Source: a bacterium
Lineage (GTDB): Bacteria; Zhuqueibacterota; Zhuqueibacteria; Residuimicrobiales; Krinioviventaceae
Direction: 5' to 3'
Assembly (NCBI GenBank): GCA_963693055.1
Contig: OY843751.1
Location: forward strand, 2,496,001-2,560,000
Length of the DNA: 64,000 bases
Position 1 is the stretch's first letter. Each line of letters begins with the position of its first letter. The notes below the pieces were generated by a model, which worked only from the letters and a program-made list of their open reading frames with translations, searched no databases and was not told where the DNA came from. The position numbers and the translations under genes are program-made. Shown one piece after another: positions 60,049 to 64,000 of the stretch.

Positions 60049-60963
60049 TTAATTCCTTATATTTCTTGAAAAGTTGTTCAATATTCTATCTTTAATAATT
60101 ACTGATGGATCTTCTCTGTTTATTTTTTTGATTTTCATTTGTTCCAAATCATTGATATCTAGCAATACTATCAATCGAACCTCATTTCTTATTGAATTGG
60201 AAAAGGCTTTCTGCATTAATCCCCAAATAGAGCTTTGATCTGTTGGTTTAAAGCGACATATTAATAAAGTTAATGGTACTTTTGTGAAAATGGTATCCTG
60301 AAAAAAAAGGGTGTATTTGAAGCATTGCATAAAATCATTTGGTTTCGGTTTTTTATTTTTTACTTCAACAATAATATTGTCAAAATAAAATCCTGTTTTT
60401 TCAATTGCATTGAAATGGTCAAATTTTTCATAAAAGCCATCGAAAACAATACCATTAACATTCTCTTGTTTTCTTTTCAAGTCATGTAAGTACAACATAT
60501 CTATAAATGTCAAAACTAACTTTTCGAATGGTTTTCCAAATTTTTTATCACCAAAATCGGAATTCAATATTTGATTAAATAAATATTCAAGTTGTTCATC
60601 GATTCTCACAAGATATTGTTCATATAAATTTATTAAATCATCAGCACTAGTCCGGATCGGTCCCATTATAGTCTTTGTTGATTTACTATTTGTTGTAAAT
60701 AATTGAATTTTTTCTTCAACATCGAGTAATTGTTTGTTGTGATTATCTATACGTATATTGGGATTATTAAAATAATTGAGATTTTCAAATAAAGGTTTAA
60801 GGATTACTGGTGTCCTTAAATCGTACAACGATGAAAGTTTTTTTAGAGATTTCGAGAGCTTTTCATCGAGTTTATCTTTCAAATCTAAAATCTCTCTTTG
60901 AAAATCTTTTTCTAAATCATAAAGTGGGGCTAAATCGTTCTCTCTGTCGTCAATCATATTCAT
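60049..60963 (-). CDS. PD-(D/E)xK restriction-endonuclease-like (Mrr-like) protein with helical N-terminus
   Basis: GKPFEKLV, FDG, IIVEVKN, QCFKY (QxxxY), LDINDL; tightly packed between csm4 and the CARF gene. Confidence 0.6.
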   Translation of the reverse strand: MNMIDDRENDLAPLYDLEKDFQREILDLKDKLDEKLSKSLKKLSSLYDLRTPVILKPLFENLNYFNNPNIRIDNHNKQLLDVEEKIQLFTTNSKSTKTIMGPIRTSADDLINLYEQYLVRIDEQLEYLFNQILNSDFGDKKFGKPFEKLVLTFIDMLYLHDLKRKQENVNGIVFDGFYEKFDHFNAIEKTGFYFDNIIVEVKNKKPKPNDFMQCFKYTLFFQDTIFTKVPLTLLICRFKPTDQSSIWGLMQKAFSNSIRNEVRLIVLLDINDLEQMKIKKINREDPSVIIKDRILNNFSRNIRN

Positions 60964-60972
60964 ATTTACTTG

Positions 60973-61908
60973 TTATACTATAAATGATAGACCATATCTA
61001 TGAATAGTGTGTACATCTAAAAATAGATCAGGGGTTACGTTTACAACCTGGCCATTTATGGGTTTAGTAAATATTGATCCCTCTGCCACCATTTTGCATT
61101 CTTTTCTTTTTAATTGAACAGAAGTTGAATATGAATGGAACCAGCCTCTTCTATTCAAGATTTTGAATGAATTCAAATGAACAGCCTCATTATTCTTGGG
61201 TGAACAGAGTGATAAGTTGATGTATGTTCCTTTTGGTTTTTGTTCCAATAATTCTTTCCATCTGGCTTGATTGTCAATTTGAGTCATTTTATAAATAAAG
61301 TGCCCATTACCTACACTTCTATCACCACCCAATCCTTCTTCTGCCAAGAGATTTAAACCAACAGTAAATAATTTAATAAATTCACTATCATTGATCTCGA
61401 CAATGAAAAATAATCCTGCACCGTATTTAAAGGAAAAACCGAATGATTCATATAATTGTGTAACTGTCGATATTCGATCAATTGTAACACGTGGACGAAA
61501 AGTTGGAAACATTATCTCGTTTAGGGGGTCGTTAAATTCTCTGGACAATAACGAATTTTCATCATTAATAATTGTTTTGAAATCGTTCAAATCCAAAAAA
61601 TGAACATCTTTTAATTTGGATTGATAAAAGTTTGATGTTCCCCTTGGTGTGGGCAAATAAAATGTATTGCCCATGTATGGAAAAGCAGAGGTCAAGCGGA
61701 AGGGAGGTGTCTCCGAATTTAATTTTTTTATCAATACTTTAATCCAATTGTTATATCTATTACATTCGGGTAGCCTCATCCATTGGCTCACCAATGCGCT
61801 AAACAGGGTGTCGGAGTGAATGATGCCCTTAAACTCATCATCATCTGATAACAAGCTTGATGACAGGGTTAAAGAACGCTTGAAAGAAAGTTTAATAAGC
61901 CAAAACAC
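60973..61908 (-). CDS. csm4: type III-A CRISPR RAMP Csm4 (Cas5 group)
   Basis: IIHSDTLFSAL, LTSAFPY, RVTIDR, GLGGDRSVGNGHF, EGSIF, HRYG; AAGGAGG then GTG at 61908. Confidence 0.93.
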   Translation of the reverse strand: MFWLIKLSFKRSLTLSSSLLSDDDEFKGIIHSDTLFSALVSQWMRLPECNRYNNWIKVLIKKLNSETPPFRLTSAFPYMGNTFYLPTPRGTSNFYQSKLKDVHFLDLNDFKTIINDENSLLSREFNDPLNEIMFPTFRPRVTIDRISTVTQLYESFGFSFKYGAGLFFIVEINDSEFIKLFTVGLNLLAEEGLGGDRSVGNGHFIYKMTQIDNQARWKELLEQKPKGTYINLSLCSPKNNEAVHLNSFKILNRRGWFHSYSTSVQLKRKECKMVAEGSIFTKPINGQVVNVTPDLFLDVHTIHRYGLSFIV

Positions 61909-62785
61909 TGCTGCTTGCCTCCTTGAGAAAATTGATGATTTCATCAATATAGCTGCGCGCTTGTTTGATATCAAAGGATTCACTTTGTAATTCTGTTGAA
62001 TTTTTTTCATCATCCCCGGTGTAATAATAATCGAGTGAACGGGCAAAAAAACTGGAAAAATTAAATTTAATTTTTCCGTATCCACGGGATGAATACCCAC
62101 CTAAAGCTTCATCTTCAATAATACTCATAGCGGCGAGTATATTTTGAAGATCTTTTTTGACTGTTTCAGCGTTAAATCTAATGTCCTTGTTTTCTTTTGA
62201 AATAATTTCTACAGCATAGATCATTTCAAAATTGAAAATACTGTCAGGCAAGACCCTTTCTACGCGACGTGGATTTGCAGACATATCCTTACGATCAATA
62301 CCGGTTTCGGTTTTTACTTCTGTAAATTCTGTTTGTTGTGTAATAATACTTGAATCCAACAAACAATCTCGAACTAATAGAGCAGAAGGCATATTTTCAG
62401 CTTTGGGTTTTTTTACCAGTTTTGATCTATCATCTCCACTCGATCCAAAAATCCTGCATACATCGCAGGTAATAGCAAGGTCGAAATCTTCACAACAGTG
62501 TATGTTTACTTGGTTGCGAAATGTCCCAATGTTACGGTTGTTTTCCAATTTTTCAATTTTCCCATTAACACTACGTGTTCCAACTTTCTCTACAGTACTA
62601 CGCAATTTACCCTTTAGTGAACTACCCGGTATGTAAGGCAAATTACTTGCGCTATCCCTGATAATTGGTAAATCCACACCGCCAATTTGCATAGATTCAT
62701 TTGAACCACCGATATGTAAGCCTGTTTTTATGACGATATTTCCTTGAAAGTATATTTTACCCAATAACAATCTTTTTTGTGTCAT
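61892..62785 (-). CDS. csm3: type III-A CRISPR RAMP Csm3 (Cas7 group)
   Basis: TGLHIGG...IGGVD (catalytic Asp position), PYIPGSSLKGKLRS, CRIFG, EVKTE..IDR..ANPR..ERV, LGGYSSRGYG. Confidence 0.95.
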   Translation of the reverse strand: MTQKRLLLGKIYFQGNIVIKTGLHIGGSNESMQIGGVDLPIIRDSASNLPYIPGSSLKGKLRSTVEKVGTRSVNGKIEKLENNRNIGTFRNQVNIHCCEDFDLAITCDVCRIFGSSGDDRSKLVKKPKAENMPSALLVRDCLLDSSIITQQTEFTEVKTETGIDRKDMSANPRRVERVLPDSIFNFEMIYAVEIISKENKDIRFNAETVKKDLQNILAAMSIIEDEALGGYSSRGYGKIKFNFSSFFARSLDYYYTGDDEKNSTELQSESFDIKQARSYIDEIINFLKEASSSVLAY

Positions 62786-62806
62786 TTTAGATACTCCCTG
62801 TTATGA

Positions 62807-63295
62807 TTAATCCCTACCACCATGAAATTTGTGATATGCTACTACAGATTCGACGAATTTGCACAACATTTCATAATCCTCTATAGTATATATAAAATCA
62901 AAAAGTGGATTAATTACTTCAAAAAATGGTGTTACTTCTTTATTCTGTCTGGCCCTTGCGTTTGCAAGTTGTGGTTTAAGTAGAAAAATTTCTGGTTTGA
63001 TATTCCTTTCGAATAATTCTTGTGAATTTTCTTTTAATTTTACAGCTATAGTCCGTGCCTTGATATTTATCATGCTTTCATAAAAGCGCCTTAATTGAGC
63101 AGATTTTAGCCTAATGTCAGGGCTGGCGAGAATTTTTCCTAAAGCATAGCTACAAACCACTAACTTCTCGCCAGTTAAGATTTGTGCTAATGAAACTGCG
63201 CTTTCATTTTTTCCTATAATTTTATCAAGAATATTTCTTGCCTTGTGAAGGTTCCATTCCCTTGATAATCTCTCTTCAATAGGTTCATAATTCAT
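62807..63295 (-). CDS. csm2: type III-A small subunit Csm2 (Cas11)
   Basis: SAQLRRFY, LLKPQLA, FVESVVAYHKFHGG. Confidence 0.9.
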   Translation of the reverse strand: MNYEPIEERLSREWNLHKARNILDKIIGKNESAVSLAQILTGEKLVVCSYALGKILASPDIRLKSAQLRRFYESMINIKARTIAVKLKENSQELFERNIKPEIFLLKPQLANARARQNKEVTPFFEVINPLFDFIYTIEDYEMLCKFVESVVAYHKFHGGRD

Positions 63296-64000
63296 TATGA
63301 TTCCCTCCTGATTTCGTAACATAAATACACCATGTCAATGGAATATGCATGGATGCAAATTTTTCCAGATCATATATATGAAAATAATTTAAAGACCTTT
63401 CGTTCAAGTCTTTGTTTTGTCTCAACTTTTCTGACATTTTTGTCAATAGCCAAATTATCTGTGGGAGGTATAGCATCCCCTCATTATACCAGGTTTGTAA
63501 TAATTTTAATGCAACCTGAAAAAAGTGTCGGGGTATGCGTGCATTATTCAAATCTAATAAAAGCTGTAGAGGCTCAACGACAAAGTTTTGTATTTCATTG
63601 GTGAATGATTTGGATGTTGAATTGTATTTGTTACTTTTTAAGGCAAGTTCTAACCGTTGGTAATTTTGTACTTGCCTTATCTTAAGCTTTTCGGTTATTG
63701 ATTTTTTCCAATATTGATACTGATCAGTAAAAAAAGGGGTTAAAGATGATTTACGCAAGCAAGAGCCATCTTTGAACAAAGGGCATGTAAAGAATTCCTG
63801 GCGGCATGTCCAGCAAGGCTGCAAATTGTTTTTTGCTTCGAGTAAAGCATTCATAGAGATATGAGCCATTTTATTGATTGGATATTTTGAATGGTGTACA
63901 GTAAAACCTCCACTTATTCCGATATCGATATTATTGCATACGTACTGTTCAAAGGTTTGTGTTATCTCCAGGGAAAGCTGAGCAACATCATTCCAAGCTC
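63285..64000 (-). CDS. cas10: Cas10/Csm1 C-terminal part; 5' end outside window
   Basis: Frame open from window end: AWNDVAQL...F..YVCNN.DIGISGG...KYPI..MA....ALLEAK (Palm2 region after GGDD); directly upstream of csm2. Confidence 0.85.
   Translation of the reverse strand, partial: AWNDVAQLSLEITQTFEQYVCNNIDIGISGGFTVHHSKYPINKMAHISMNALLEAKNNLQPCWTCRQEFFTCPLFKDGSCLRKSSLTPFFTDQYQYWKKSITEKLKIRQVQNYQRLELALKSNKYNSTSKSFTNEIQNFVVEPLQLLLDLNNARIPRHFFQVALKLLQTWYNEGMLYLPQIIWLLTKMSEKLRQNKDLNERSLNYFHIYDLEKFASMHIPLTWCIYVTKSGGNHNEL

Larger units (their letters stand above)
56130..64000 (-). mobile_element. probable tRNA-Met-integrated genomic island; other boundary not in window
   Basis: att-like tRNA 3' half followed by integrase and defence cargo; extent is inferred. 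Confidence 0.55.

Noticed and set aside
60049-60963. Annotation as Csm5 or NucC
   Set aside because: No RAMP glycine-rich loop, and the motif layout fits an Mrr-like domain better than NucC by eye
61909-62100. N-terminal extension of Csm4 in the ORF track
   Set aside because: It overlaps csm3; a strong RBS and GTG at 61908 give a normal start

Overview
AT-rich bacterial window whose gene content (TonB-dependent receptors without SusD, PorV/PorQ-type barrels, T9SS-like C-terminal sorting domains) points to an FCB-group lineage such as KSB1/Calditrichota; this is an inference and no taxonomic marker is present. Left part: class D beta-lactamase fragment, three tandem Cys-rich lipoproteins, a CAP protein, an e(P4) phosphatase, and a LacI-headed starch/maltodextrin locus (GH13, TBDR, large secreted partner, PorV-like barrel, starch-binding-like protein, second GH13, Na+/solute symporter). 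Middle: symporter plus ribulokinase, metallophosphoesterase, clpP, a serine hydrolase broken by IS256, putP, an IS4, an aminotransferase, a GH2, a decayed gene, two glycosyltransferase-like genes and a second TBDR/partner/PorV cassette. Right end: GIY-YIG genes alternating with tRNA-fMet fragments, an att-like tRNA 3' half beside a tyrosine integrase, a 20-repeat CRISPR array and a type III-A operon (cas10 partial, csm2, csm3, csm4). Where csm5/csm6 normally follow, the operon has a PD-(D/E)xK nuclease-like gene and a CARF domain fused to a nucleoside-deoxyribosyltransferase-like domain. That CARF-NDT fusion is the best candidate for an undescribed cyclic-oligoadenylate effector. All family calls come from motif recognition by eye; no searches were run.
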